DNA of 62,681 nt, filler included. It is 4 parts of 4 records of this genome, joined end to end, with 100 filler letters (N's around TTAATTAATTAA, not from the genome) between each part and the next. Parts side by side here need not be neighbours in the genome. Positions count along the whole stretch, not along the records: positions 17,190 to 46,036 come from SRR22947725_6721; 3 more parts are not named here. One strand, written 5' to 3'. Positions 20,600-31,829 of the stretch are shown here, piece by piece. Within the stretch, counting starts at the first letter, position 1. Each line of letters starts with the position of its first letter. A model generated the notes under the pieces. The model was given only the letters and a program-made list of their open reading frames with translations, searched no databases and was not told the DNA's origin. Made by a program: the position numbers and the translations under genes.

Positions 20600-21037
20600 A
20601 TGCTTGATATTGGCATGTCTGAAATGGTTATAATTGGTGTCGTCTCGTTGATCGTTGTCGGCCCCAAAGATCTACCCCAGATGTTTAGAAAAGTTGGTAC
20701 TTTTGTTGGAAAAGCGCGAGGTATGGCTCGTGAATTTCAAAGTGCAATGCATGAAGCTGCAGAAGATTCAGGTGTAAATGATATTAAATCTTCTTATGAT
20801 AAAGCTACAAACTTTAAAAATTTGGGACTAGATAGTTTGGAACTTGCGCCTGAATATTCTGCTGATTTAAAGCCAGCGGCAGACGTTCCTTCCGTGAAAC
20901 CTCCTAAAACTCCAAAAAAACAAAATAAAACTGCATCAATGAAGCCAACTGAAAAAAAAGCTTCATCAAAAGCTGCGAGAGATAAAAGCGTAGTTAAAAA
21001 AACAACAAAAGAAAAAGTTGTTAAGAAAGCCAAATAA
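20600..21037 (+). CDS. tatB: Twin-arginine translocase TatB
   Basis: MLDIGMSE...VVGPKDLP, Lys-rich tail. Confidence 0.95.
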   Translation: MLDIGMSEMVIIGVVSLIVVGPKDLPQMFRKVGTFVGKARGMAREFQSAMHEAAEDSGVNDIKSSYDKATNFKNLGLDSLELAPEYSADLKPAADVPSVKPPKTPKKQNKTASMKPTEKKASSKAARDKSVVKKTTKEKVVKKAK

Positions 21038-21886
21038 ATGAGTAATGATGATAGTGATGAGCATATAATAGAACATAGTGCTGCACCATTAATTGAGCAT
21101 TTAGCTGAACTTCGTACAAGGTTGATTTATTCAGTTTTAGCTTTTGTTGTGGCAATGCTTTTATGTTTTAGTTTTGCTCGCCCGTTATTGTTTTTTTTAT
21201 TAGAACCTACAGCTAAGATTTTGTTAAGTTATGGTCAGGCCCCTGATTTTACTACCTTCGCTGCTCAAGAAAACTTTTTTGTGTATTTTCGAATTTCAGT
21301 TTTAATGGGTTTTGGGCTATCTTTTCCGATAATAGCATTTCAGCTATGGCGATTTGTTGCTCCTGGATTATACAAGAATGAACAGGGAGCTTTTTTACCA
21401 TTTATCGTAGCATCTCCATTATTGTTTTTAGCGGGTGCATCTTTTGCACACTATGTAGTGAGTCCATTAGCAATGAATTTCTTTATTGGATTTTCTGACT
21501 TTGGAACAGATGGTACCAAAGTTGCAATTGAAGGTACTCAAAGAGCTGTTTTTGTTCCTCGAGTTACAGACGTTTTAGATTTAACACTAAAATTTATTTT
21601 TGCTTTTGGACTTTGTTTTCAGTTACCAGTCCTGCTCACCCTCTTAGGAATGGGCGGTATAGTTTCGAGCCAAGGTTTAAGAGATATGCGTAAATATGCT
21701 GTTGTTGGAATACTTGTTTTAGCGGCTATAGTCACACCGCCTGATGTAATTACACAAGTTATTTTGTTTGTTGTTGTCTATATGCTTTATGAAGTTTCGA
21801 TATGGTTGGTGCGTATGGTTGAAAAAAAACGAGATAAGCGACTAGCTGAAGATGGTTATTTTGATAATGATCAGGATGATGAATAG
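21038..21886 (+). CDS. tatC: Twin-arginine translocase TatC
   Basis: PLIEHLAELR, FVAPGLY, FQLPV, TPPD. Confidence 0.97.
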   Translation: MSNDDSDEHIIEHSAAPLIEHLAELRTRLIYSVLAFVVAMLLCFSFARPLLFFLLEPTAKILLSYGQAPDFTTFAAQENFFVYFRISVLMGFGLSFPIIAFQLWRFVAPGLYKNEQGAFLPFIVASPLLFLAGASFAHYVVSPLAMNFFIGFSDFGTDGTKVAIEGTQRAVFVPRVTDVLDLTLKFIFAFGLCFQLPVLLTLLGMGGIVSSQGLRDMRKYAVVGILVLAAIVTPPDVITQVILFVVVYMLYEVSIWLVRMVEKKRDKRLAEDGYFDNDQDDE

Positions 21887-22710
21887 TGGATGACACTTTA
21901 GAACGGATTGCTGATGCACTTGATCGTTTATCACCTATCCCCCTCGATCCTCCAAATTTTGATCAATGTGATGCGTTTCTATGGCAGGCTAACCCAATAG
22001 GACTAATTCCAGTCAGTAATGTATCATGTGTTGATATTAATTTATTATTAGGGATAGATAATTCTCGTGATACTCTCAGGGCAAATACGGAGCAGTTTTC
22101 TAAAGGTTACCCAGCTAATAATGCTCTTTTATGGGGTGCTAGGGGAATGGGGAAATCATCTTTAGTAAAAGCGGTACACCAAGATGTTGGAGGGTTAGTC
22201 TTAATTGAGATTCAGCGTGAAGATTTATCTTCGGTTGGTGAATTATTAAATTTATTACGTTCTTCAAGTAGAAGGTTTTTATTATTTTGTGATGATCTGA
22301 GCTTTGATCATGATGATACCACATACAAATCTTTAAAAGCTATATTGGATGGAGGAATTGAAGGCCGGCCCGAAAATGTTTTGTTTTATGCTACTTCGAA
22401 CCGTAGACATTTAATGCCGCGTGATATGATAGAAAATGAAAGCCAATCTGGCGTTAACCCTGCTGAAGCCGTTGAGGAAAAAGTTTCACTCTCCGACAGA
22501 TTTGGCCTCTGGTTAGGATTTCATGGTTGTTCACAGGACATATATCTAGCTATAATCAAAGGATATTGTAAAAAATATTCAATCAAGATTACTAATGATG
22601 AACTAAATGCTGAAGCAATTGAATGGCAAGCAACAAGAGGATCAAGATCGGGAAGGGTCGCTTGGCAATTTTTTGTAGACCTTGCTGGCCGTAAAAATAT
22701 CCGTTTTTGA
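21886..22710 (+). CDS. DUF815 AAA+ ATPase
   Basis: LLWGARGMGKSS, FCDDLSF, YATSNRRH, SLSDRFG. Confidence 0.9.
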   Translation: MDDTLERIADALDRLSPIPLDPPNFDQCDAFLWQANPIGLIPVSNVSCVDINLLLGIDNSRDTLRANTEQFSKGYPANNALLWGARGMGKSSLVKAVHQDVGGLVLIEIQREDLSSVGELLNLLRSSSRRFLLFCDDLSFDHDDTTYKSLKAILDGGIEGRPENVLFYATSNRRHLMPRDMIENESQSGVNPAEAVEEKVSLSDRFGLWLGFHGCSQDIYLAIIKGYCKKYSIKITNDELNAEAIEWQATRGSRSGRVAWQFFVDLAGRKNIRF

Positions 22711-22714
22711 TATA

Positions 22715-23782
22715 CTAACTACCGGATAAATATGGTGTAGGATCAACGGCCTGAGTGCCTTTTCTTACCTCAAAATGTATAAATGAAGGATCTCCACCTG
22801 CAGCTAATCCAATAGCTTGGCCTGCCTCAACATCAATATCTTTTGTAAGTTTAACATCAGTAATATTGGAATATACTGTATATAAATTATTCTCATGCCT
22901 TAAAAGAACAATTGTTGTATCCCCAACAGATTGAGAAACTAATGCGACCGTACCTTTAGCTGCAGCTTTAACTTTAGTGCCTTCAGCTACTTTATAATCA
23001 ATGCCTTCACTTCCACCTGATTTATTTGAGAAATTTCGTATGATTTCTCCATTTACAGGATTAACCATTTTACCAAATTCAATTTTTATTTTACTATTTG
23101 ATTGTTTTATTGAGGGCATGATCTCTAAAGTTTCGGAATTTTCAGATTGTTCAATATTATTTGAATTTTCAGGTTGTGATCTCGTAACTGCAGTAATACT
23201 TGTAGTTGGGATTAAAAGCTGTTGACCGTCTCTGACAGCTAAATCTGGGCCTAATCCGTTCCATGAAGACAATTCGGTAACTGACACATTGTACATAACA
23301 GCAATGCTTTGGGCTGTTTGTCCAGATCGCACGGTATGTCTTACAGGTTCATCACCTTGTTGTATTTTAGGAGACAAGGAGGGTGCGCTATCTAAAGCAA
23401 ATGTTGCAATATCCTCTATGGCACCAGTAGAAGATAAAATTTCACCTGTTGGTATTGCCAGTATTTCACCTTCTCTTAGACGTGCTTCTGATTTTAAACC
23501 GTTGTATCTAGCTAATTTTTCAACAGGTATACCTACTCTCAGGGCCATTAATTTCACTGTGTCGAATGGCTTTGCGACTGCAATTTGGTAGTTTGGATAA
23601 GTAATAACGCCATTTTTATCTGCAGCTGGCCGTTCAAATGTTTTTGTTGCTGGAAGAGATGGTGGCTTGTCTATTTTATCACCTATTGATGTTAATGTAG
23701 TGTTTCCATCGCATGCTGATAGCAGTGTAAAAGATAATACAATCAATGAAAAATGTTTAAAATTAAAAATTACTTTAGACAT
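22715..23782 (-). CDS. LysM + M23 peptidase lipoprotein (NlpD-like)
   Basis: Lipobox LSAC, two LysM domains, C-terminal M23 (HFEVR); ATG 23782. Confidence 0.88.
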   Translation of the reverse strand: MSKVIFNFKHFSLIVLSFTLLSACDGNTTLTSIGDKIDKPPSLPATKTFERPAADKNGVITYPNYQIAVAKPFDTVKLMALRVGIPVEKLARYNGLKSEARLREGEILAIPTGEILSSTGAIEDIATFALDSAPSLSPKIQQGDEPVRHTVRSGQTAQSIAVMYNVSVTELSSWNGLGPDLAVRDGQQLLIPTTSITAVTRSQPENSNNIEQSENSETLEIMPSIKQSNSKIKIEFGKMVNPVNGEIIRNFSNKSGGSEGIDYKVAEGTKVKAAAKGTVALVSQSVGDTTIVLLRHENNLYTVYSNITDVKLTKDIDVEAGQAIGLAAGGDPSFIHFEVRKGTQAVDPTPYLSGS

Positions 23783-23819
23783 ATGTTTACCTTTTAATTT
23801 ATCTTTATTTATATTCATC

Positions 23820-24455
23820 TCAAGCAAGGCCAGAAAGTAAAGGAACAAATCTTACTTCTTGTAATTCATCATATTCTAACCCAGTCGTTGTTTTAGTAAT
23901 TTTTATTAACGTTTGAACTGTGCTAGATTGTCCAACTGGCAGAACCATTATTCCACCATCTTTTAATTGTGCCAATAAATTAGATGGTGGATCTTCTGCT
24001 GCTGCAGTTAATATTATTCGATCAAATGGTGCCTGATTTGGCAAGCCCATTGATCCATCTGCAGTAATTACAGTCACATTCACTAACCCTAGACTATTTA
24101 ATGTTTTGTTAGCAGATTGTGCTAGTTTTGAAAATCTTTCAACTGTATAAACACGTCGAGCTAATTGTGATAAAACAGCTGCCTGAAAACCTGTGCCGGT
24201 GCCTATCTCTAAGACTTTATCTCGTGGACCTGGGTTTAATGCTTGTGTCATTTTTGCTACTACTGATGGTTGGCTTAATGTTTGACCAGATGCAATTGGA
24301 AGTGCAATATCTTCATACGCCCTTTCTTGAAATGCTCCAGTAGCAAAGGGATCTCTAGGTATCAATTCCATGGCATGAAGAACGCGTTTATCTGTCACGC
24401 CACTATTACGCAGCATGAGTAAATATTGCATCAACTTCTCTGGTGTTGGACTCAT
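23820..24455 (-). CDS. pcm: Protein-L-isoaspartate O-methyltransferase
   Basis: [27 protein letters not shown]. Confidence 0.96.
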   Translation of the reverse strand: MSPTPEKLMQYLLMLRNSGVTDKRVLHAMELIPRDPFATGAFQERAYEDIALPIASGQTLSQPSVVAKMTQALNPGPRDKVLEIGTGTGFQAAVLSQLARRVYTVERFSKLAQSANKTLNSLGLVNVTVITADGSMGLPNQAPFDRIILTAAAEDPPSNLLAQLKDGGIMVLPVGQSSTVQTLIKITKTTTGLEYDELQEVRFVPLLSGLA

Positions 24456-25207
24456 AGTTTGAGTAATTCCTGCAAAACAGCATGGTGTGTTAGGTCAACA
24501 CTACATGGTGTAATAGATATTTTTCCGTTTATATTGGCATGTATATCTGTTCCTGATCCAGTATCTTCTTGTTGTTGTGGTAAACCTTTTATTTTTAATA
24601 ACTCATTTGAAGTCTCGGTACTAAATGGAGCACCAGTTCTATATCCCTGCATTGTGAATGAAGTGCCAGTTACATCAATTCCTAAACACGGTGGAAAATT
24701 TACATTGTAATGTATGGGTGCTGAATTGTTATTCCATATATTAATTGAAAGAATATTTTGTATGGTCTTTAACCCATGCATACTAACTGCATCAAATATG
24801 TTTTCATTATCTAGTTTAGGACCAAAGAATTGTGACAAAGCAATAGCAGGAATTCTGTTCATGGCCGCCTCGATAGTTGCACCAACCGTCCCAGAATACA
24901 TAGTATTTTGACCTGCGTTATTTCCGCGATTAACTCCAGATAAAACCAAATCAAATTTTTGATTATATTCAGAAATTCCAACTATCACACAATCAGCGGG
25001 TGTTCCATGACACGCCCATCTATTTTTAGTAATTTTCTCTAAATTTATAGAGCTATGATAACTAATAGCATGGCTTACACCTGATTGTTCTGTTGCTGGT
25101 GCTACTGTTAGAATTTTCTCAGCTGAAGTTAATCCCAATGCAATTTTATAAAGTACTGCAAGACCAGGTGCATCTATTCCATCATCGTTAGTAATAAGTA
25201 TTTTCAT
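24452..25207 (-). CDS. surE: 5'/3'-nucleotidase SurE
   Basis: [28 protein letters not shown]. Confidence 0.96.
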   Translation of the reverse strand: MKILITNDDGIDAPGLAVLYKIALGLTSAEKILTVAPATEQSGVSHAISYHSSINLEKITKNRWACHGTPADCVIVGISEYNQKFDLVLSGVNRGNNAGQNTMYSGTVGATIEAAMNRIPAIALSQFFGPKLDNENIFDAVSMHGLKTIQNILSINIWNNNSAPIHYNVNFPPCLGIDVTGTSFTMQGYRTGAPFSTETSNELLKIKGLPQQQEDTGSGTDIHANINGKISITPCSVDLTHHAVLQELLKL

Positions 25208-25341
25208 CTTTATTTGCCTAATCCTTTTGTTAACTGCTCATGTATGGGAAATGTATTTTAACAATATGAGGCTGTTTGATCTATGAAACGATTAATATGC
25301 AATATTCACTAACTTTAATAGAAATATCCATGAGTTAATTT

Positions 25342-26634
25342 TTATTCCAATATACCTTTTGTATTTAATCTTGTTTTTCCACCTAAATGTTGCGTTAGTA
25401 CTCTGGGTAAAATGACTGAACCATCTTCTTGCTGACCATTTTCGAGAACCGCAATCAAGCATCTACCAACTGCTAAGCCAGAACCGTTTAGAGTATGAAC
25501 AAATTCAGGTTTCTTTGCACCAGTTCGTTTAAATCTAGCATTCATGCGTCTTGATTGAAAATCACCACAAGTCGAGCATGAACTAATCTCACGGTAGGCA
25601 TTTTGTCCAGGAAGCCAAACTTCAATATCATTTGTTCTTTTTGCACTGAAGCCCATATCGCCAGTACATAATTTAACTGTGCGATAAGGAAGTTCTAATT
25701 TTTCTAAAATCCCTTGAGCGCATTTAGTCATTCTATCTAATTCTAAGTCAGAGTCTTCTGGCTTAACAATTGATACCATCTCTACTTTTTCGAATTGATG
25801 TTGTCTAAGCATGCCTGATGTATCACGACCAGCAGAACCTGCTTCTGAGCGAAAACATAATGAGTGTGCCGTAAAGCGTCTTGGTAAATTATCTTCAGTT
25901 GTAGTTGTGTCGGCTGCAATATTTGTCAGTGTAACTTCTGATGTTGGAACTAACCACCATCCATTTGAAGTTTGGTAACTATCTTCAGAAAATTTAGGCA
26001 GTTGGCCAGTTCCAAACATTGCTTCATCTCGAACTAACACGGGAGTATTTACTTCTGTCAGCCCATTCTCGGTTGTATGCGTATCAAGCATAAATTGTGC
26101 AAGTGCACGGTGAATCCTAGCAATTGCTCCTGATAATATAACAAATCTAGAGCCTGACATTTTGGCTGCAGTCTCAAAATCCATACCTTTTGAAACCGAT
26201 TTAATGTCATAGTGTTCAAGTGCATCAAATTCAAAAGCAGGAAGTTCTCCCCATTTGTGGACTTCTACGTTATCATTTTCATCTGATCCAGTAGGGACAT
26301 CCTCATAAGGTAAATTTGGGATCGTTAGAAGTAGATTTCTTAATTTATTGTCTATTTCTTTTGCTGACTCTTCTAATGATGCAATTTCTGCTTTTTTTTC
26401 AGAAACGAGATTTCGCAGTCTATTAAACTCATTTTCATCACCTGATGCTTTTGCTGCGCCTACCATTTTTGAAGCAGTATTACGTTCTGCTAAGGCGGCT
26501 TCTGCACTTGTAATTTTGGCTCTTCTATCAAGGTCTATATCTAAAATAACACTAGAGATTGCTTCTGCGCCACGGCGTTTTAAAGCTGCATCAAATTTAT
26601 TTGGATCATCACGTATTGTGCGAATATCATGCAT
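25342..26634 (-). CDS. serS: Serine--tRNA ligase
   Basis: [39 protein letters not shown]; start MHDIR. Confidence 0.98.
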   Translation of the reverse strand: MHDIRTIRDDPNKFDAALKRRGAEAISSVILDIDLDRRAKITSAEAALAERNTASKMVGAAKASGDENEFNRLRNLVSEKKAEIASLEESAKEIDNKLRNLLLTIPNLPYEDVPTGSDENDNVEVHKWGELPAFEFDALEHYDIKSVSKGMDFETAAKMSGSRFVILSGAIARIHRALAQFMLDTHTTENGLTEVNTPVLVRDEAMFGTGQLPKFSEDSYQTSNGWWLVPTSEVTLTNIAADTTTTEDNLPRRFTAHSLCFRSEAGSAGRDTSGMLRQHQFEKVEMVSIVKPEDSDLELDRMTKCAQGILEKLELPYRTVKLCTGDMGFSAKRTNDIEVWLPGQNAYREISSCSTCGDFQSRRMNARFKRTGAKKPEFVHTLNGSGLAVGRCLIAVLENGQQEDGSVILPRVLTQHLGGKTRLNTKGILE

Positions 26635-26858
26635 AGAAAACCTCATACTTTTTTCGGCTTTATGCACGAAAAACGTTGTAAGGTTAAGAGGGAAATAATA
26701 ACTTTCTTATTTTAGTTAATATATTTATCTAAATATATTTTAATTTAAATATATCTAACTTTAGTGGGTTGTCCTTGCTTATTGATTTGACACCCGTTAG
26801 GTATCGACGCAAAGAAATTACGGGTAATTTTCTGCCCCTTAACATTGAGGATTTTGAT

Positions 26859-27182
26859 ATGTTTGCAACTCCTGCATTTGCACAAGCAGCTGGTGGCGGT
26901 TTCGCCGGTGGATTAGGTGGCTTTATGCCATTAATTTTAATTTTTGGGATCATGTATTTTTTAATGATTAGACCACAACAAAAAAAAGTTAAACAGCATC
27001 AAGCTATGGTTGCCGCAGTACGTAAAGGTGATCAAATTGTAACTGCTGGAGGTTTAATCGGCAAAGTAACAAAAGTTAATACTGACAACGAAGTAGAAGT
27101 TGAAATATCTTCTGGTGTAAAAGTTAAAGTTGTACAGCATACGATATCACAAGTTTTAAATAAAACTGAACCTGCAAAATAA
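26859..27182 (+). CDS. yajC: Preprotein translocase subunit YajC
   Basis: YFLMIRPQQKK, GDQIVTAGG; GAGG RBS before ATG 26859. Confidence 0.95.
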   Translation: MFATPAFAQAAGGGFAGGLGGFMPLILIFGIMYFLMIRPQQKKVKQHQAMVAAVRKGDQIVTAGGLIGKVTKVNTDNEVEVEISSGVKVKVVQHTISQVLNKTEPAK

Positions 27183-27202
27183 ATAACTCTAGGTATCTAT
27201 AA

Positions 27203-28864
27203 ATGTTGCAATTCTCTCTAACCAAGAAAATTCTAATCTGGGTTGTGGTAGTTCTCGGCTTTCTTTTTGCTATGCCAAATGGATTTTATAATCGTGTTGA
27301 GAGTGTAAATGATGCTCGTATGCAGTTGGAGAATGGTAACAATACTCCTGAGATAATATCCCAAGCATCAAATTGGCCATCTTTCTTACCAAGTGCTTTG
27401 GTCAATTTAGGTTTAGATTTACGTGGTGGAGCACACCTACTTGCAAGAGTGCGCGTTGATCAGGTGTATGAAGCTAGAATGGATGCTTATTGGCCAGAAG
27501 TCAGGAACGCTCTACGAAAAGAACGAGCATCAATTGGTACTATACGTCGAATTGATGGTGAAAATTATGATCTGCGAGTGCGCATATCAGAACCAAGTCA
27601 GATAAATTATGCTGTAGAAGTTGTTTCAGCATTAGCAAGGCCTGTAACAACTTTATCAGGAGCTGGATCGAGAGATATTGTCGTAACTTCTATAGAAGAT
27701 ACAATCATTATTGAGCTATCTGAAGCTGAAAAAATAGCAACTGATACTCGAACAATGGATCAATCTTTGGAAATAATCAGGCGACGAGTTGATGAAGCTG
27801 GTACACGGGAGCCAACCATACAGCGTCAAGGAACAGATCGAGTTTTAATACAAGTTCCTGGGATTGGTTCAGCTGAAGAGTTGAAGAGTATTATAGGTAA
27901 AACTGCAAAACTTACTTTTCATAAAGTTATTCAGAGAACGTCAAATTCTCAAGAGCGTGTAAAAAATAGACAAATACTTTTACCAGCACAAGATGAAGAA
28001 GGTGTATTTTATGTTTTAGAAAAAACTCCTGTTATAAATGGTGACCATTTAACAGATGCTCAACCTGCTTTTGACCAAAATAATCGTCCAGCAGTTAGCT
28101 TTAGATTAAATACAACTGGCGCAAGAATATTTGGGCAATACACAGCAGAAAATATAGGAACACCTTTTGCTATAGTTTTAGATCAAGAAGTTGTTTCTGC
28201 TCCGACAATACAAAGTCATATTTCTGGTGGTTCTGGTATTATAACAGGCCAATTTGGTGTTGAAGAAACAACGCTGTTGTCTATTCAGCTTCGTGCTGGC
28301 GCATTGCCAGCAGAATTAGAATACTTACAAGAGTCAACAGTTGGACCGGATCTAGGACAAGACAGTATTGATGCTGGTACTTTAGCTTGTATAGTTGCAT
28401 TTATTGCGGTGCTTGTTTTTATGAGCTTGAGCTACGGTTTGTTTGGAATTTTTGCTAATGTTGCATTGATAATAAATGTAGCATTAATTTTTGCTGTTTT
28501 GAGTGTAATATCTGGAACACTTACTTTGCCTGGAATAGCAGGTATAGTTCTAACTGTAGGAATGGCAGTGGATGCAAATGTACTTGTTTTCGAACGTATT
28601 CGAGAAGAATTGAAAAAAGCAAAAAACCCTCGAAAAGCAATCGAATTAGGCTATGAACGTGCTTTCAGTGCTATAATAGATGCGAATATTACTACACTCA
28701 TTGCGGCAGTAATTTTACTTGTATTTGGCTCTGGTCCAGTTAAAGGATTTGCTATTACATTGGGCATTGGGATTGTAACATCTGTATTTACAGCAATTTG
28801 GGTTACAAGATTATTAATATCAATTTGGATAGAACGTAAGCGTCCAAAATCAATAGAAATATAG
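27203..28864 (+). CDS. secD: Protein translocase subunit SecD
   Basis: LGLDLRGG, VGPDLG, GMAVDANVL. Confidence 0.97.
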   Translation: MLQFSLTKKILIWVVVVLGFLFAMPNGFYNRVESVNDARMQLENGNNTPEIISQASNWPSFLPSALVNLGLDLRGGAHLLARVRVDQVYEARMDAYWPEVRNALRKERASIGTIRRIDGENYDLRVRISEPSQINYAVEVVSALARPVTTLSGAGSRDIVVTSIEDTIIIELSEAEKIATDTRTMDQSLEIIRRRVDEAGTREPTIQRQGTDRVLIQVPGIGSAEELKSIIGKTAKLTFHKVIQRTSNSQERVKNRQILLPAQDEEGVFYVLEKTPVINGDHLTDAQPAFDQNNRPAVSFRLNTTGARIFGQYTAENIGTPFAIVLDQEVVSAPTIQSHISGGSGIITGQFGVEETTLLSIQLRAGALPAELEYLQESTVGPDLGQDSIDAGTLACIVAFIAVLVFMSLSYGLFGIFANVALIINVALIFAVLSVISGTLTLPGIAGIVLTVGMAVDANVLVFERIREELKKAKNPRKAIELGYERAFSAIIDANITTLIAAVILLVFGSGPVKGFAITLGIGIVTSVFTAIWVTRLLISIWIERKRPKSIEI

Positions 28865-28873
28865 GAGATTGGA

Positions 28874-29842
28874 ATGCGTTTAAAGTTGGTTCCAGACAAT
28901 ATTAAAATTAATTTTTTTCAATCTACTAGGCTTACTTTTGGTGCTTCAGTTTTAGCTATGATTATTTCCATATTTTTATTCTTCTTTAACGGCTTAAATT
29001 TAGGTATAGATTTTTTGGGTGGCACCACAATAAGAACTGATGCACAAACGTCTGTTGACGTAGGCGCTTATAGAGCTGCTTTAAAACCGCTAGATTTAGG
29101 TGATGTAACGGTAACAGAAATTTTTGATGTGACAAAACCAGATTTGAATGCTGCTCAAATCAGATTTGAAGCACAAAGTGGAGAAGAAGCTGCAACTGTT
29201 GAGGTCATTCGTGCAGTAAAAGCAGCTTTGCTTTCATTGGACGAAACAATAACATTTCCACAAGTTGAAAGTGTTGGGCCTGAAGTTTCTGGAGAATTAG
29301 TTCAGGCAGCTATTACAGCTGTGTTGGCTGCAATTGGTGCTGTGTTATTTTATATCTGGTTGAGGTTTGAATGGCAGTTTTCTGTTGGTGCTATTGCAGC
29401 GCTAGTACATGATATTGTAATAACAATTGGCATTTTTAGTCTTTTGCAAATTAAATTTGATTTAGCAATAATTGCTGCTTTATTAACTATTGTTGGGTAT
29501 TCGCTCAACGATACAGTTGTTGTTTTCGACCGTGTTCGAGAAAATTTAAGAAAATATAAGAAAACCTTATTAAAAGACCTACTAAATATGTCTATAAATG
29601 AAACATTATCTCGTACTGTAATGACATCTTTAACAACACTTATTGCATTGATTAGTCTATTTATTTTGGGTGGTGATGTTATACATGGATTTGTTTTTGC
29701 TATGATCTGGGGAGTTATAATTGGAACATATTCTTCAGTGTTTGTAGCATCTTCAATTTTATTGCGTCTTGGAGTTAAGCGCGATTGGGATAAAACTAAT
29801 GATGGTAAAGCTGGCACTCAGTTTGCAGGCATTGATGCATGA
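28874..29842 (+). CDS. secF: Protein translocase subunit SecF
   Basis: GIDFLGG, GYSLNDTVVVFDRVRE. Confidence 0.97.
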   Translation: MRLKLVPDNIKINFFQSTRLTFGASVLAMIISIFLFFFNGLNLGIDFLGGTTIRTDAQTSVDVGAYRAALKPLDLGDVTVTEIFDVTKPDLNAAQIRFEAQSGEEAATVEVIRAVKAALLSLDETITFPQVESVGPEVSGELVQAAITAVLAAIGAVLFYIWLRFEWQFSVGAIAALVHDIVITIGIFSLLQIKFDLAIIAALLTIVGYSLNDTVVVFDRVRENLRKYKKTLLKDLLNMSINETLSRTVMTSLTTLIALISLFILGGDVIHGFVFAMIWGVIIGTYSSVFVASSILLRLGVKRDWDKTNDGKAGTQFAGIDA

Positions 29843-30591
29843 TAGCTTTAATTGAGCAAATTCTTTTTTTTGATGGGTTAGCTTGGTTAATAATTACAGT
29901 AGTTTTTGCCGGATTGGTTCGCGGCTTTGCAGGATTTGGTACTGCTCTAGTTTTTATGCCAATTGCAGCTGCAGTTACTAGCCCTGTTTGGGCGATTATA
30001 ATAATGATGTCATTTGATATTTTTGGTCCTATTGCATTATTGCCAAGAGCATGGCGTGATGGCGAGCCAACCGAAGTTTCATTGTTGGTTGTTGGCGCAA
30101 TTTTAGGTTTGCCAATCGGAGTGTATTTCCTTACCCAAGTTGATCCAGTTTTATTTCGCTGGCTAGTATCAATATTATCCATGACAATGTTAATTCTACT
30201 TGCAAGTGGATGGCGCTACCAAAACCCATTGAACAAAATTATGCTTATGGCAATTGGTTCTTTAGGTGGTTTTATGGCTGGAATTGCAGGAATTTCTGGG
30301 CCTCCAGTCATTTTGACTTATATGTCTAGTCTAAAACCAGCTTCTGTAATCAGAGGAAATACTATGATGTATTTGTTTTTTGTTGATTTGGTTATGTTTG
30401 GTGTTTTCTTACTTAAGGGGTTATTGGTTATTATACCTTTAGTAATAGGTTTGTTCTTATCTGTTCCGTATACATTAGGTGGATTAGTTGGGCAAAAAAT
30501 ATTCAACCCAAATAAAGAAATAATATATCGTAGAATTGCTTACGCGTTAATTGCACTTAGCGCGATAATAGGATTACCAATTTGGAGTTAA
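29839..30591 (+). CDS. TauE/SafE sulfite exporter family protein
   Basis: GLVRGFAGFG, GISGPP, multi-TM. Confidence 0.85.
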   Translation: MIALIEQILFFDGLAWLIITVVFAGLVRGFAGFGTALVFMPIAAAVTSPVWAIIIMMSFDIFGPIALLPRAWRDGEPTEVSLLVVGAILGLPIGVYFLTQVDPVLFRWLVSILSMTMLILLASGWRYQNPLNKIMLMAIGSLGGFMAGIAGISGPPVILTYMSSLKPASVIRGNTMMYLFFVDLVMFGVFLLKGLLVIIPLVIGLFLSVPYTLGGLVGQKIFNPNKEIIYRRIAYALIALSAIIGLPIWS

Positions 30592-30594
30592 AAA

Positions 30595-30948
30595 GTGGAA
30601 ATAAATGAAGTTTCTTTTAATGGACAGCCACCTGTAGATTCATATGGGCCAGGGTTTTTCCGTGTTTCTAATATAATTCATAAAGGGGCACTTTTTTTGA
30701 CTTTAAAAGGATCTATTGACTGGACTGGATTAGATGATCTAGCTGCTATTATTGAAAATAAAGACGATTATGATGTTGTGTTTATAGGCATGGGAAAAGA
30801 AATTTCTCCATTACCAAAAGTCATATCTAATAAACTTGAAAAAGCAGGTGTTCCATTTGAAGTAATGAATAGCCCAAGTGCATGTAGAACTTATAATGTA
30901 TTGTTATCAGAAGAGCGACGAGTTGGATTAGCAGTTTTGCCAATTTGA
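30595..30948 (+). CDS. Mth938-like (DUF498) protein
   Basis: DSYGPG, ACRTYNVLLSEERRV; GTG start. Confidence 0.9.
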   Translation: MEINEVSFNGQPPVDSYGPGFFRVSNIIHKGALFLTLKGSIDWTGLDDLAAIIENKDDYDVVFIGMGKEISPLPKVISNKLEKAGVPFEVMNSPSACRTYNVLLSEERRVGLAVLPI

Positions 30949-31039
30949 ATAATTAGAATTAAAACTATTTAGGCTTTCCCTATTGGATACAAAAGCTATA
31001 TTAGTGTTTGAAAATTAACTTTATCTATGGAGGCCCAAC

Positions 31040-31648
31040 ATGGCTTTTGAACTTCCGGAACTACCATATTCACATGATGCCCTTGCAAAAGGTGGAATGT
31101 CTGCCGAAACATTAGAATTTCATCATGATTTACATCATAAGGCGTATGTTGATAATGGCAATAAACTCATTTCTGGTACAGAATGGGAAAATAAATCGTT
31201 AGAAGAGATAACAATTGGTACTTATAATTCAACAAGTGTTTCTCAAAATGGAATATTCAATAACATTTCACAACTTTGGAATCATAATCAGTTCTGGGAA
31301 ATGATGGGGCCTGATGGTCGAGCCATGCCAAGTGAATTAGAGGCTGCTATAGTTGAAAGCTTTGGTTCAGTTGAATCATTTAAATCAGATTTTGGTGCTG
31401 CTGGTGTTGGTCAGTTTGGATCTGGTTGGTGCTGGTTAGTTAAAGACACTGATGGTAGCCTAAAGATAACCAAAACTGAAAATGGCGTTAATCCTTTGTG
31501 TTTTGGGCAAACAACATTATTGGGTTGTGATGTTTGGGAACATTCATACTATATAGATTTTAGAAATAAACGCCCTGTTTATATTTCTAATTTTTTGGAT
31601 AATTTAGTTAATTGGGAAAATGTAGCTGCAAGATTAGCTAGTTCTTGA
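31040..31648 (+). CDS. sodB: Superoxide dismutase, probably Fe type
   Basis: HHDLHH, FNNISQLWNH, FGSGW, DVWEHSYY. Confidence 0.93.
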   Translation: MAFELPELPYSHDALAKGGMSAETLEFHHDLHHKAYVDNGNKLISGTEWENKSLEEITIGTYNSTSVSQNGIFNNISQLWNHNQFWEMMGPDGRAMPSELEAAIVESFGSVESFKSDFGAAGVGQFGSGWCWLVKDTDGSLKITKTENGVNPLCFGQTTLLGCDVWEHSYYIDFRNKRPVYISNFLDNLVNWENVAARLASS

Positions 31649-31719
31649 TAAAATAAATTAATTGTATTTGTCTTGATATTTGATTGACTCTTATTTTAAA
31701 ATTTGCATTGTACATGTAA

Positions 31720-31815
31720 CAAACAAAGCAATGTGACGGGAGGACTAGATTTCAATGGAATCTAGGTCACATAGCAAAAAGGCCCCGTTGAGAATTTCAA
31801 CGGGGCTTCTTTTTT
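31720..31815 (+). ncRNA. Candidate small RNA: hairpin with bulged GGGAGGA followed by an intrinsic terminator
   Basis: ATGTGAC(31731-37) pairs GTCACAT(31766-72); CTAGATT(31745-51) pairs AATCTAG(31759-65); TTGACT at 31684 upstream. Confidence 0.45.
31776..31815. terminator. Rho-independent terminator, potentially bidirectional
   Basis: AAAAA-GGCCCCGTTGA-gaat-TTCAACGGGGC-TTCTTTTTT. Confidence 0.85.
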
Positions 31816-31829
31816 AGATTGGACTTAAT

